From contig CM119371.1 in the NCBI GenBank assembly GCA_051294905.1, forward strand, positions 29,948,001-30,012,000: DNA of 64,000 bases, read 5' to 3'. Numbering within the stretch: position 1 is the first letter of the stretch; each line of letters opens with the position of its first letter. The position numbers and the translations under genes were made by a program. This DNA is from Botryllus schlosseri. Lineage: Eukaryota. The notes under the pieces were generated by a model. That model ran no database searches and had not been told where the DNA came from. It saw only the letters and a program-made list of their open reading frames with translations. This document shows positions 12,039 through 25,847 of this stretch, in pieces.

Positions 12039-13596
12039 CAGAGGTCTCAAACACGCGGCCCGCGGGCCGCATGCGGCCCGCGAGACCATTTTGTGCGGCC
12101 CGCGACGGCATTTTGGAATTTCAAGTATTCACCAATATATTCAAGTGCCGTATATCTTTTTTAGATATATAAACCTAAAGTTAACGCTCAGACTACTATA
12201 AAATAACCGAAATCTCAACAAACTTCACTATCACATCACTGTTAAAAGCTACCTTGCTGCGGAAGATCGACTATTACGTCTCATTTCTAGTTTATAATGA
12301 TACGACATGACCCGTTGATGATTCGTGACTGAAAATTGTGATTTGGTTTGCTGCAACCTTTTCGTTACTCGATTTCGGATTGACTGGGTGAATAAATTAA
12401 AATGACTCGAGTTGAGTCGGGTCAAACGTCAAAATCAGAGAAGGACTTGCGACTCGGGTCGGTGACTTGGTTGGTAATCCTACGGACGCAACAATCTATG
12501 ATACTGTCATGGGGAATAGTAATATATATAAAAAGGTTGTAGCTTAAGTAGCGTGGGGTATATAGCTATCTAATCAGGTCAGTATGGCAGCCATTGGTAT
12601 TCTGTGTTCCCCGTGACGTATAGTTGAATATATGCTAGGTGTTGTTTGTTCTCTTTATCCATGTTATTATCGTTGGCGAGTAAGATATTAGTACACTCTA
12701 CAGCTGTAACATCAATGAATTCTTCGCCGATTGGACATTTCAATTCCATGGGTTCTTAACCAGAGTCCGTAGACTCCATCGGGGTACGAAGCACCACATC
12801 AGGATGTACGAGATGCATCGTGGAATTACGCCTACATGCTGTGGAATATTTTCTTGGCCAATTGATTCAACTGGAAAATAGTCCCCGCGCTGCGCGCGAT
12901 TTCATGTGAATAGGATTCTGATTTTAATATAGGTACCACCAGAAACTGTGGTGTAAATGGACAGGGGCTACGAGAAATCTTATCGGAAGCACAAGAAGTA
13001 CGATCGCTCAAAAGGTTAAGAAGCAATGCTATTACTATGGCTCAATAATGATTATATTTAAGTTGTTAATGGTTATTGATATATACCAATATTAATCGAA
13101 GGCAAAATCTAACGCGGATTTAGTTTGACTTTGGCAATGACAGTAACAACAGCCGATACTTATCACGACTGTATCAAAACCAGGATTAGGCTACACCGCT
13201 AAAATGCTCTGATATCAGATCAATCTTCAGTAGATTTTAAAATATTTTACATAGAATTGTAGCACATTAAATGTCCACTAGCTGCAATATTATAGCCCGA
13301 CATGAGGCATGCTCTCGTATGATGTCTATTACTCATTAATGAAAAAAATTATGCCCGACACAAAATCAATTTTATTGAAATATTTGAAAATGTTTTTTTT
13401 TTCGTCTCAAGAGTGAATAATGCCATAGTAAATTACATTGCCACGATGTTTGTGGAATGCCTGTCTGCAAGGTCCCGTCAAATAAGGTCTACTTTGAAAA
13501 TTATACATTGAATATCCCTAAGATTGGTGCTGCGGCCCGCGGCGTCATCAAAAACTGGGAAATGGCCTGCGAGCACATTTGAGTTTGAGACCTCTG
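12039..13596. mobile_element. Non-autonomous hAT (Charlie/Buster-like) element with nested MITE fragments
   Basis: TIR CAGAGGTCTCAAAC...GTTTGAGACCTCTG, subterminal GCGGCCCGCG repeats, perfect 8-bp TSD CACTATAC (nnnTAnnn). Confidence 0.92.
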
Positions 13597-14269
13597 CACT
13601 ATACAGATACATTGGAATGTGAATAGGCACGGCATCGAAGCATTGATAGATTACTGACGACTCAGTACACGGCGTCTTAGTTGTATGGCTTCCAAGTGAC
13701 GTCACAAGACATGGCAAAACTAAGGTAGCCCTATTGATCGTGTTGCCACGCTGTACAGATATGGCGATCATGATTAGATCAGAGAAGAAAGGTTCCTGCA
13801 ATTAATGTCATGTAGGCTAATCGGAGAGATGGTTCAAGTTATCCTCGACAATAATCCAGGGAAAATGCCATAAAATAATTTGTGTATGTGTATTTAGATA
13901 TAGTTTTCAGGCACTTGTACTTGAGTACAATGCAGTTTTGCTTCAAAATTTCAATACTTGATCATTGGGAGTGTGTGAAAGGGCATGATGGAGCTTACCT
14001 GGCATCCTTGGTGCCAAATTCAGAGGTGATAGTGACGTAGTTTTGTTGACGAAGCCAATATTTTCTGCCGATATCAAAACATGAATTCTAACTTGTGACA
14101 GTAGTTTGAAAACCATATCCAGGACCAGTATAACCTTCATTTCTTCACAATAAAACTAAGTAACAAATAAGTATGGCAGGCTACTTCCAGTACAACAGGC
14201 ATATCTTGTAGTTAGGGAAACACAACTATTCAGTGTTCTCACCAATAAGTCAGAGAGCAATGGTTAGAG

Positions 14270-14610
14270 TTACATAGTGTTGAGACTCGGGTCCGAGTCC
14301 ATATCATAGACTTCACTGTTCATTATTGAGTTCAAGATGGGTTCAACTCACTTCTGTGACAATCTTGGGTGATATCGAAGGCCTTGCATTTATAATATAC
14401 TCATTGTTGTCTCCCTTGACATGTTTATTGAATTATTATAATACGTTTATTGGGTTTTTGCGCCTATTTTTCAAGTGTCGGTACTGATACACGAGATCGA
14501 GTCCACACTAGTACATATCTTGACTCAACTCGAGTCGAGTCATTTTCCCGGTGGAGTCAACGAACAATTGTGACTCGAGTCAAGTTGTGATTCAAGTCAT
14601 TACAACCCTG
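14270..14610. repeat. Partial GACTCGAGTC-family hAT MITE
   Basis: Ends in TCATTACAACCCTG; similar to 6713 and 31826. Confidence 0.7.
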
Positions 14611-17600
14611 AGTGATACAATACTGATAGCTTATAAAGTTATACAATATAGGCTTCCAGATTGAGTATTCTATATAGTCATCCTTTGATATCTAATAGCC
14701 TGCTCAATAAAGATACAGGATATGTGATAGGATAATTAGAGATTTGTGATTGTTTACCGAAGTAGGAAAGAATGATTTCTCGACACAGATTCAACTCGTC
14801 AAACATTCCTAGATATTCAATCGCCTGATGATTCCCTGGTACCTTTAATGCTTTGCTAAAAAGGATTGCCGTAATCTAAAGTAATAATATATGAATATAT
14901 ATCTATCCTATAAGTTTCATTCACTCATAATAAAACTACAGCTGAATAAAAAACTATCACTCCTACTCAAAAATGCTAACTAATTGGAAACACTACTTTT
15001 CAGCATACTTGAGACACACAGAAATGGCATTTAAGTTAATGTGAAATGAAAACTCTCTCACTCTCGGAACAATTGTACAAGTGATGATGTCATTAAACAG
15101 GTTGATGAATATTGACCATTGTTGGACGATACCAATTTTTTCTACGGCAGCATATGTCGGTTAGGCTCTATTCTCAGCACTAATTTGCCTTCTAATTCGC
15201 AATATCATCGACTACTTCTACAAAATAACCATCTCCATGCTGTATCTGTCTCTGTACTGAACTATACTATACTAGTGTCAGCTTGTAATACTCGAATGAA
15301 CTCGCTTCATAGTTGGATACATTGCTGAACCTTACGTTGACACATGGAGACTGCATTGATAGCGACAGTAGCTTGGGGCAATTTCAAAAAATTACTATCT
15401 GCGAAAGATTTGAACACAGTATTTACATTCTTTGGTGTTCCATTTGAAAATTCCTGCTATATTTGTCATGTTTATCTTATTAACCCTCTCCGCTTCCTCC
15501 CGTACTGTTAGTAATGGGAACTGTGTTTTTGCAGCAAAGTGGTTAATTTTTGTTGCCAGTCTCAAAACCTTGGATATTCGGCTTGTAATTAATAGTTAGC
15601 TTTCTGCCATTGGTGCTGAAATTAGGCCTGGAAGGCATATCTGATGCCGAGTCGGATTTGCTAATCTGATGTAAGTTTGTAGGATACATTTGTTGGTGTG
15701 AGCCGCGCTCTGAGGTAGGGTTTTTATTCCGCGTTTGAAAGTTTTTACCGAGAATTTTCTAATTGAAATTGATCTGTCTGTGCATGAGATTTGCGTGGAG
15801 TTATGTTTCGATTTATTGTTTGTCGTACGTCAGTGTGTCACACTGTTAATGGATTGGATTGTTTGGTTTGGTTTAAAAATAACGGTTTGACTGAATATTA
15901 GTCTCTTTGACTTTTCGGGAGAATAATACTCATCCCAGTGTGACAGCCTTTGCTGTAGTTAGCCACATTTCAGTAACTGTTGTGATGCCATTTGTAGTTG
16001 AGTTATTGACTTATTACAGGAAACGGTGTGTCATTATTTATAGCCTTCAAGTAGTGATTTATGACTGTTCACAGGATTGCTTTGCTCCTTTAGTAAGGTG
16101 TTTGGTGTTGAATGCCAGTCTGATTGATGGTAACCTAGCTTATAGTTCATAGTAAGGTTCTTGTCTCATAGCTAGCCTGCCTAAATACCTAGTGCTGTTC
16201 ACCTATTTCAAGATTTATGTAATTTATTTAGCCCTATGTAGTTCCGTACAGCATCAATATCACTTCACATTGCAGCCTTTACTGTTATGTCTGCCATTTG
16301 TATCATTGTTTGATTAATAAGCCTAATTTGTGCCCACCACGTTAGCTCATTTAAACTCCGACAGGTGTTTTAATATTTGGTGTCAGTATACATTTGCCGT
16401 GCTTACCTAAAGCTAGCCATCCCCAAAGAATTCCTGAATTATATTTCCATTAAGGTGTATCTGGATTGCCCTTTTATATTACAGTAGCACACTAGCGTTG
16501 ATAGTGTAAATCTACTCTCCCCTCATCTGATTACCTATTCTATGCCTTAATGTAACACAAAACCTTACAGACAATGGTAACTCCTGTGGGGTTTAGCTGG
16601 TGGCTTACTAGAATATCCAATGCACAGGAAAGTGAGGCTTTTGTGAGTCATTTGTTGTGTAGCTAATAGAAGAGAGCTGCCGGCTAGTAATTACGTTGTG
16701 TTGTGTGTATCATTTTAGGCGTTGCTGCTTGTGTACCGTTCTTGATTTGTGATTATATTGTTACAATGTAATATTCGGATTTGATGTGGAATTATATTGA
16801 ACATATGAAGCTATGAGTCATAGTTTTGTAATGCATGATCTCAGAGGTAGCTAAAGGTTAGTAGACGGGACTGTAGCTGCAGACATTTTAAGTTTTAATG
16901 CCTTGATGGGTTTTTGTGGCGTAGGTCTATATTCAACTGAGGAAATTGTTTAAAATCTTTGCTGAATGGTTAGTTGTTGAGCACAGTTCTTCATCAGTGC
17001 ATTTGAATGTATTTATCACGAGTTAGAATTATATTTAAATGCCCCCAAAATACTTGAGTTTGAGTAAGCTACTACATCACTTGGCAGGTTGTAGGTTAGA
17101 ATAGGTATATTGCCTTCAGATTTAGGAATAGGCTTACATGATCAGTATATCATTTTGAAATATGTTTCCTTATGCGTAATGCAACTGAAGGAAGGCATCA
17201 AACAAGGCCAGACTCTGCTGAACATTAGCATTCAGCAACGCAGGATATGGCCTAGATAGGCAATATGAAGCAGATCATGATAACAAATGGTCTGCAAATT
17301 TGAATGATTTTAATCTGAAGACTTGGTTATTTACTAAACATGAATGTAATTTACAATGTGTAAGACATGTCGCTTTATCAAAACGCTATGAAATTGAGCC
17401 TGGCTCTATGATTATTATTGTCAAGTCCATGTCCTGGTCATAACTTGCATTATTATTACGGTATGTTATTGGTACAACTTACTACTCATATCCATTTGTA
17501 GACATCGTTAGTAGGCTCGGCAACAAACTTGCGCTTGATCTTATGCAAATATTTTCCTACTAGGTTAACGGCATATCAAATCAGGTTTTATGGCCTCAAG

Positions 17601-18578
17601 GTGTGGAACAATTGCATGTTATTTTCAAAAGTGTCACTTAATTGCTCAAATTACCAAGCCTTGCAGTTGTTTGCAACATACTATGTCTATTTCACACGCT
17701 GCACAAGTTGCCAATTATCACCATGATATTTTTACAACATTGTTTTGGCTAGCTTGCTTGATTCGATAAGTAACCTAAACGTTTGATGAGCATTAATTTG
17801 ATGGATGAAATGGGATTGTTGTAAATAGTTGGTCAGTGAGACAGTATTTTTACTTGACTGAATGCCGAGTTGCATACTTCATTAAATTCCATTGACTTAC
17901 TACTGTGCTTGCAATACCTGTGTCCAAGTCTAATTACAAACACCTTGGATAATAACATGACTGGAGATGATTTTGAACAATCAGTGGCTGAGGAGGTTGT
18001 CAGCTGAGTAAGATGTTTTAATAGATATGCATACTGGGGACAGATAGCATTGTGTCTGTGTTATTTTTGTGTAATATATTCGTAGTTCAAAGGAATTTTA
18101 TGATTTGACTTGAGTGAGAGCTGGTATCATGTTTATTTGTGAATTAAATTGTGAAATAACTTTATTAACAATGTACTAATATGATGTCAAATATTGATCT
18201 GTATGATCATAAACCAAGTTATGGTCAACTAAGTTCGACCTGTCATTAGACATTAGCACGTAATTGATAACCTTTTTCACATGCAGGTAGTGAAGATAAC
18301 CGAATGTACAATTGCATAGTATATTCATATTGAAATGAACCCGCATATTTTCGGCTGACATTCGTCAGGGGTGATCGTCAGCACCTAGTAAAGAATTGGA
18401 AAGAACATTGTATATCAACAATCATATCACAAAATATGACGTCGCGGGCATGAAATTTCGAACAATCAAGGCGAAGAGAGCGCGATAACTTACTATCAGT
18501 TGAATTTGTTCAAATTTCTTTGACTGTGATTTAAAAGCAGCAGTATCTGAACTGTTGTGACAACAGCTTGGTGTAGTT

Positions 18579-19020
18579 CAGGGGTCGGCAACTCAAAACG
18601 GGTTGTTTTTCAAACTACGTTGAGACCGCATGCCGCAAGAATTCAATGTCGAGACAAAATAGGTCACACAGCTCAGCAAACACGCTTTAAAACTTTACTT
18701 CAGTACTACGGTGTGCTCTGTAAAAAGGGCGACGGTCATAGTTACCACAAAAAAAGTAATATTTTATTAAAGAAATACAAATACGACAAAAAATATCACC
18801 ATCAATAGGCCTACTTTCGTTTCAGCAACTAAAGAATCTATATTGGGGCTAGCGAGAGACTGCACTATCTCCAAGTAAAGCGAGATCTTATGGGGATACC
18901 CTAAGCTGTTTTCTAAATGTCTCGGTCTTGGCCATTGCATGTCAAATCCCGTTTATATCAGCTGATTCTCTTTCGATGGAATGCTGTTGCCATTTCCGAA
19001 ATCGGTTCAGCTAGTGAGGA
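18579..19020 (+). repeat. hAT-like non-autonomous element fragment (CAGGGGTCGGCAAC end)
   Basis: Related inverted copies at about 30490-30950 and 42890-43156. Confidence 0.7.
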
Positions 19021-20082
19021 ATTGTGATTTTGGGCATAGGAGAATAGATTATTTTGGAACAGCAACAACAATATTTCAAAACTGAAATCAATTCGTCTTT
19101 TCAAAACTCGTTGGTGACTCCTGGTGCAGTGCAACATACTTTACTATTACACGGGAATTGAATCCTACTTATTTGCTGGTCTACAGTATGTCTGGCCTTG
19201 CAGCGCAGATTTTCTATGTTGTATTACATGAAACTAACATAGAATAGGATGAACGTTACATTTTGCTGGAGGAACTCTCAACCATTGATATCGCTTGATG
19301 GTTGACTACGCGAAAGTACTTCAGTCCTCTTATCCATACTCGACTTGCAAACTTGAATCCACTCAAATCGCACAAAGACTTGTGCCGGCCCTACTAGTCT
19401 AAGTTTGTATTGTTTGTCAGCAAAGGCCGTGGTACAATCGAAAGTGGCATTACCTTCATCTATGAAGTTATGGATATTCCTCATCCTGATATCTCATTGA
19501 GGCCATAATCAACCATTTTTACTAGCGCTGAATCCAAACCAAGTACTAACTACTATGATGATTCAGTCCCGTAGTGAAAGTCAATTGATGTTTACGAGTG
19601 TCAAAATTAAACACTTCTTGTCACTTCATCAACGAAAATTATAATTGCGATACATTATTGCCACTGCAGGACTCTTAAACCCTGATAATATAGTAGCCAG
19701 AATATGATTTAAGTCATGCAGAAGAAGGCCGCACACGTTCATTCGAAATAATATACAAAATACAAGTTGTTGTAACTGGCATCATTTGTTTTGAAGCGTC
19801 CTACGTTATGTATTTAGACACTTCATAATTAGCGACATACTCGAATACTAGATTTTGCCCAGACCTAATTAGGACCCACTCGCCAACCTGAGGCATGTGG
19901 TAGGAGACATTGTATGAATGCTGATATGTTATAAAATTCTGTTATTTGTGGTTGAGTTAGCGGATCCAAACTCAATTCTTAGGCATAAGACAGATACCCG
20001 TTAGTGAAATGGAGAAGCAGAATTGTTTTTCATTTTAGGCCTGTATGAGGAATCATGCCCGTTGCCCTTCATATCTCTACAG

Positions 20083-20362
20083 CAGTGGTTCCCAACCTTT
20101 TTTTAGACACGCCCCCCTTCATGATAGTGAAAAATTTTGCGCCCCCCATATCGTCATATCGCAAAATCCAACCTCAACAGATTGTTTGATGACATCGAAG
20201 GTTATGACTGATGATGAGAGAATTAAAAAATATGAAATTAGGTCTATATATAGAGAAACACGTGAATTGGAGGTAAATCGCACGAAGTGATATTTTTTCA
20301 GTTGACCGCTTCTTCGCGCCCCCCTTCAGATGCTTCCACGCCCCCCAGGTTGGGAATCACTG
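20083..20362. mobile_element. hAT MITE
   Basis: CAGTGGTTCCCAACC...GGTTGGGAATCACTG; TSD CTCTACAG/CTCCACAG. Confidence 0.9.
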
Positions 20363-20784
20363 CTCCACAGCCTGGATTAGGCTGTAAAATCAAATTAAAC
20401 CAACACCAATATGAATAGACACTCTTTGAATTGGTTATACAATTTAAATAGTAGGCTATATTCATATTGAAATGAGCCCGATTATTTTCGGTTGACACTT
20501 TCAGCAACTAGCAGACGATGACCTCTGACGAGTGTCATCCATAAATATTCGTGTTCATTCCAATATGAATATACTACTCAATTGTATATTGAAGTTCTGT
20601 ACCTCCAAGAAGCTCTTGAATTGGTTATGCCGGCTAGTCGGATATGAGTGCGTGTTTCCGTAAAGATTTTCTTGAAGTGGAGTGCATTTGTCAGCTATCG
20701 GTGAAAGTTCTGGGTGACATCTAATGGCCTTTGCTTTTTAGCAACGTCAAAAAGCTTTGTATAGTTACTAGAAACCCTCTAAAC

Positions 20785-21085
20785 CAGTGGTTCTCAACCT
20801 GGGGGGCGTGAAAGCTTCTGAAGGGGGGCGCGAAGAAGCGGTCAACTACAAAAAATTTTCGCGCACTGCGCGATTTACCTCCAATTCACGCGTGTTTCTC
20901 TATATATAGACCGAATTTCATATTTTTGAATTCTCTCATCAACAGTCATAACCTTCCATGCCATCAAACAATCTGTTGGGGTTGCTAGCATCCCCGTTGG
21001 ATTTTTTGATACGACGATAAGGGGGGCGCGAAACTTTTCACTATCATAAAGGGGGGCGTGACTTAAAAAAGGTTGAGAACCACTG
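20785..21085. mobile_element. hAT MITE, inverted sister copy of 20083-20362
   Basis: CAGTGGTTCTCAACC...GGTTGAGAACCACTG; perfect TSD CTCTAAAC. Confidence 0.92.
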
Positions 21086-22144
21086 CTCTAAACTACCATA
21101 ATGCAGTAACCTAGTATAAGAAGAGGTTGATAATATTATTTTGACTGAACAAGCGAAGCGTTGGTTATTGGTCATTCACTATTTGGGTATAATCTACAAG
21201 AGTTTCGATATGTATTTTTAGATTGTGACTAAAATCAGTTTTGTCAAATTCTATATATTCTTGCAATTCACTGACACCAAGAAAATGCATGCGCGATTGC
21301 TTATGCGAGCTTTGTAGAAGGACCTATTAGCCCACGCTTGCTGTGGTTCGGTAATGGCACCGGTAATCTTTTAAAGACTAGAGATAATGTTTCTATCGAG
21401 TTTGCGACATCCGTTTCTGAAGGCAGATAAGTCATCTTCAATTTACGAGTAGGCATTGACATTTTAAAGGCACTTCCCGAGCTGTCATTTTGTTGTGTTA
21501 CTATTAATGAGCGGAACAGAATTTGGCCTTGGGCAGCTCAGTGAGTTAGATGAAGGAGATTATTCTGTGTTTGTTTTCTTCCGATCGGAATGTAATGTCT
21601 TTTATGTTTCCAACTACAGATTGACACTATTTTATCAGATATCAGCTTACTCACTTGAGGTTGAAACAGCATACTGTGTACAATTTTACCAAGAGGCTCA
21701 TTGACATTAAAGGCAGATCAAGACTAAAAGCATTGGATATAAGTTGCGCAAATGCAGAATATAATATGTTTGGATAGAAGAAGATATAGTAGAAACACTT
21801 CATCACCTAAGATTACTGCTTGTGCTTGCTAATCGAAAGAAAAAATTTACTCATGATGGTTATTGTTCTTACTGTTTGGGGGTGGATTGCTTATTGCTGT
21901 ATTTAGTAAAATATGCCTTTGGATGTAGCCCACCTTCTACATAACTAATGCATCGATCTGATGTATGACTATTTTTGTGCTTCGAATCTGTGTGGTATAC
22001 CCGTTATCATGATGCATTCAAACCTAGTAAGAGATTAATTTGTTGAACCGTTATGTGTAGACAGCATTGATATTTGTTGGCTGTGATCGCAACAGTAATA
22101 TTGAGAAATCAATGTCGGATTACCACCCAACCCTGATTGAACGA

Positions 22145-22730
22145 TAGGCCTATGCACGGTCAGTCATTTTTTTTTCAACTTTACTGACTACTTGATAAAA
22201 TTGCACATAAATTTTGGCTCCATTCGAACTTATAGAAGCATTTCTACATAAGAAAAAAGTTATTTAATTTTTGTAAAAATAAATTATTATAAAACCAAAC
22301 AAATTTGGTCGCATTCCAACCAGTAGAAGAAAAGTTAGGTGTTTAAGGACAAAGTTTTGGATTTGTAAAAATAGTATTATTACGGTGCGAAATTCTTTAT
22401 TTATTATAGATCTACCCACCGTACTATGATAGTATGATTTGAGTTCTGAACATCAATAACTTCACTTCTACGGGTTAGAATTGAGCCAAATTTGTTGTGC
22501 ATCGTTTTTTCAGACAACCTAACAATTTCATGGGTTAGCCAGTAACATTTAAAATATTTTTATATTCATTTTTATTAAATAAACCCACAACCTTTTTCGA
22601 AATAGCAATGCTCCTATAGTTTGGAATTGAGCCAATATTGGCATGGAGCGTTTTTTAGGCAACTTAACAATTTTATCAAGTACGGTAGCCAGTATAGTTC
22701 GAAAAAAAAGTTATTTTTGAACAGTCCTAT
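22145..22730. repeat. Degenerate palindromic TAGG-ended MITE
   Basis: Shares ctacttgataaaattg and aaatttggctccattc motifs in inverted arrangement with 28926 and 34087; other old copies at about 25240-25585, 28430-28910 and 36225-36870. Confidence 0.65.
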
Positions 22731-22974
22731 CGCATGGTCGTACCTGGACACATAAGATGTGACTGTCCTTGAAGAGGGGTTTAGCTATTTGTGTATGTGT
22801 GTGTTATTATGGATATGTATTATTAGACTCCTAAAGTTTCATGATCGAATTAGAAAAATACAGTGAACAGTAAGATTAACGTGACGTTTCGTAAAATATG
22901 TGTGCAATATTTTGCCGTTGTACTCGCTGAATGTGTTTTGCGTTACCATTTCTAAAATGTGAAATTGTTTACAG

Positions 22975-23122
22975 TGAATCATTTGGCTCGCATGTATCAC
23001 GGATTAAGTCCAAATTCCTTCATATGGCCGACAAGGATGCTCCGAACGTGCATCCCGGTAGGGGCAGCAATGGGCTAGCCGACGTTCAGAAGCGCAGGGA
23101 AAAGTTTTCCTCTGCTAAAAAG
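22975..23122 (+). CDS. PPP1R9A: Neurabin exon, actin-binding region (ESFGSHVSRIKSKFLHMADK...REKFSSAKK)
   Basis: tttacag acceptor and AAG|GTAAGA donor; matches the spinophilin YGSNVHRIKSMFLQM motif. Confidence 0.92.
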
Positions 23123-24406
23123 GTAAGATGTCTTCCATGGGTAGCAAAATATGTGACAGTAACTTCATAGGCTTACCTGTATACATTCGAACAACTGTAA
23201 TTACTCAACTACAAGACAAATATTTCATGGTCTTAAGCACGGAAATAACACTTTGTATTCTGTCCTGTCTGGTTTGTCTTTTGGCATCTTCAAAACAGTT
23301 GCCTCAGCGGATTAATCGCGTCCATAACAAGTTTTCTATCCTAGATCTCTCTTTACTATACCCTGTAGCACTTAGCGTAAATGATGTTTTATGGATTATT
23401 TCCAAATTAAATTCTGTGAGTTTGACAATTCAGTCAAGCACAGTATGTCTTGTTTGCAATGTTTATTCTGGTCCCAAAATGTCTGTGTCATTCGGTATAA
23501 GACATAGCACTTTTATACTTCCAGGGGTAAACATTACTAAATGGAAAGAGGGCCATACTTATTCTGTGTTACTTAAACTCTGTACCATTGAATAGTATAT
23601 TCATATTGAAATGAACCCGAATATTTTCGGCTGACACACTCGTCAGGCTGGTGACGTCATATTTTGTGACATGATTGTTGATATACAATGTTCTTTCCAA
23701 TTCTCCACTAGTTGCTGACGATTACCCCTGACGAGTGTCAGCCGAAAATGTTCGGGTTCATTTCAATATGTATATACTATTCAATTGTATATTGAAGTTC
23801 TGCACCTCCAAGATGCTCTTACTCTGTACCGCCGCTGTACGGGTATGCATTTTTCCTGTGTACTGGAGTTAGCCTGTAGTAGCCTAACAGTTATCTTATT
23901 TGCTGAGTGTCGCTTGTTTATGTAAAATTTTACAAAGCTTGTTGTGAAGACTTCCCTGGAATTATCTCAGAGAGAATGTTGTGAACAGTCTCCTTCTTCA
24001 AGGTTTGTAATATTTTTATCCAAGGGATTAGCATGATTGGCAAGACTGTGCATCCAATTGTAACAAATGAACCATGCTGTGGTAACAGTGGGTTGTAGGA
24101 TTAAAAATTATCTGTGACTGGATGATAAGAAGGCCTGGTGCGATACCGTGAAATTGATGGGATTCATTTTCTTTGCCTCTGTACGCTTTATGGTTGAATC
24201 TCCTATATCCAGCTTTAGTTGAACCTGTCAAGTGTTATTCCAGTGCATGGTGGGCTACAAAGTCAGTATGGTAATGTGATTCATTATTTTCTTAGCATTG
24301 TAAATTCTGATTTGATGTTGTTCTGAATTATACTAACCTACCGTATGTGATATACTTCTGATTCCAAATTTTGTAGCTTGATATTTTATTTTGAAAATAT
24401 TTCCAG

Positions 24407-24587
24407 ATTTTCGAAGCTGGCGACAGCGTGCAAGTGTCGCAGCAAAGCCGTTCGGCCAGGGCAAGGCAACAGTCTGCCCCGCCAACCAGTCCCAGCAGTA
24501 CATCACCGACTGCCTCATGGACAGCGGCGTTAAATAAACGTGACCGGAGGATTTCAGAGTCATCTGGGTCTAGCGCAGCAGAAACCA
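24407..24587 (+). CDS. PPP1R9A: Neurabin exon (IFEAGDSVQVSQQ...SSAAET)
   Basis: ttccag acceptor, A|GTATGA donor, phase 0 to 1; completes the KK|IFE motif. Confidence 0.85.
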
Positions 24588-25778
24588 GTATGAATCTACA
24601 TAACTATTTCATTTAAAAAGATTATTTCAATTCCAAGTAACACACCGTATTACTTCATTTGTGTGTTTTATTTGCATGTGATGGATGCGTTTCTGGTATC
24701 GTTGCACGCCTTTGAGTACTTTCGATGTGGTCTTGGAATTTATCAATCATACTATGTAACAAATATCAACCAAAAACCTGTTAATTTGACAGTTTATGAA
24801 AGTGAAAGCTGCTCGAACTTGAAAATATTCTCAAATTCCCCCCTCCCCAATCATTATGAATACATGATGATTAATTCACTTTCCTATAAGGATAATCATT
24901 CTCACAAGTAGGGACATATATATTTCTGATGTTACTCCTTTTGTATTCGATATCAAAATTGATTTGAGAGTATTGATATCCAAGTATCAGTACCTTTTTT
25001 ATTTCTTTTATTAAGTGCCTGTGATTGTAAAAATGAGAAATACCATTTTTGCCAAAAATATGTAGGCCTACTCGTTGGGACGATGGGCTGAATCTGAATT
25101 ATTTAATACGAAACCACACTAGGAACTCAATTATTGTGATGACACAATTATTGTGCGATAATGACCAAAATGAATGGTAAAATTTGATTTATGCTTCGTC
25201 GTAGAACTCTTTTGGACATTGCGTTATACTCAGAGGTGGGCAGTAATAATGTACATCTATGTATCAATTTTTGCTCACTTCCAACCGGTAGAAATGAAGT
25301 TGTTGCAGTTGAAAATTCCTGGACGGTGGGTAATCCCAGAATTAAAAATTAAAATAACTTTGCTTCTACGAGTTGGAATTGCGTCAAATTTGTTTTGTAT
25401 CGTTTTTGTAGACAAATCAACAATCTCATGAGGCTGACAGTAAAATTTAAGTTTTTAAATATCTCTACTGTACCTTCACATCTACCAGTTGGAAAAGAGC
25501 TAAATTTGGTGTGCACTGTTTTTTTCTGCCACTTAACAATTTGATCAGTGAATCCCCTGAAAACAAGTTATTTTTGAACAAACCTACCTGGCACTCTTGT
25601 GAAGAGTCAACCTGCAGTGGATCTATGCAAAAGTACTCGGTTTGTGTTTGGTCCTCTATGATGCAGTGGGTTTGGTTTCGTGTGTGCATGCTGAAGGCGC
25701 TTTGAAATCGAACGCCATTTCGAGCTCTGTGCACGTTTTCGGTGGAAGATTTATTTTTTACTGCTTTGCGTCCTGCAG

Positions 25779-25847
25779 GTGAACTGTCGCCCATTTACGA
25801 GCGTGGACGCAGGCCTAGGAAGCCGAACAATCATTTTTTGCCGAGAG
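25779..25847 (+). CDS. PPP1R9A: Neurabin symmetric 69-nt cassette exon (ELSPIYERGRRPRKPNNHFLPR)
   Basis: Strong acceptor ctttgcgtcctgcag, donor G|GTTTGC, phase 1/1, open frame, raised GC. Confidence 0.6.

Noticed and set aside
15480..15676. Alternative first exon ending at GTAAGT (15671)
   Set aside because: The nearby ATG (15644) hits a stop before the donor; a donor motif alone is insufficient.
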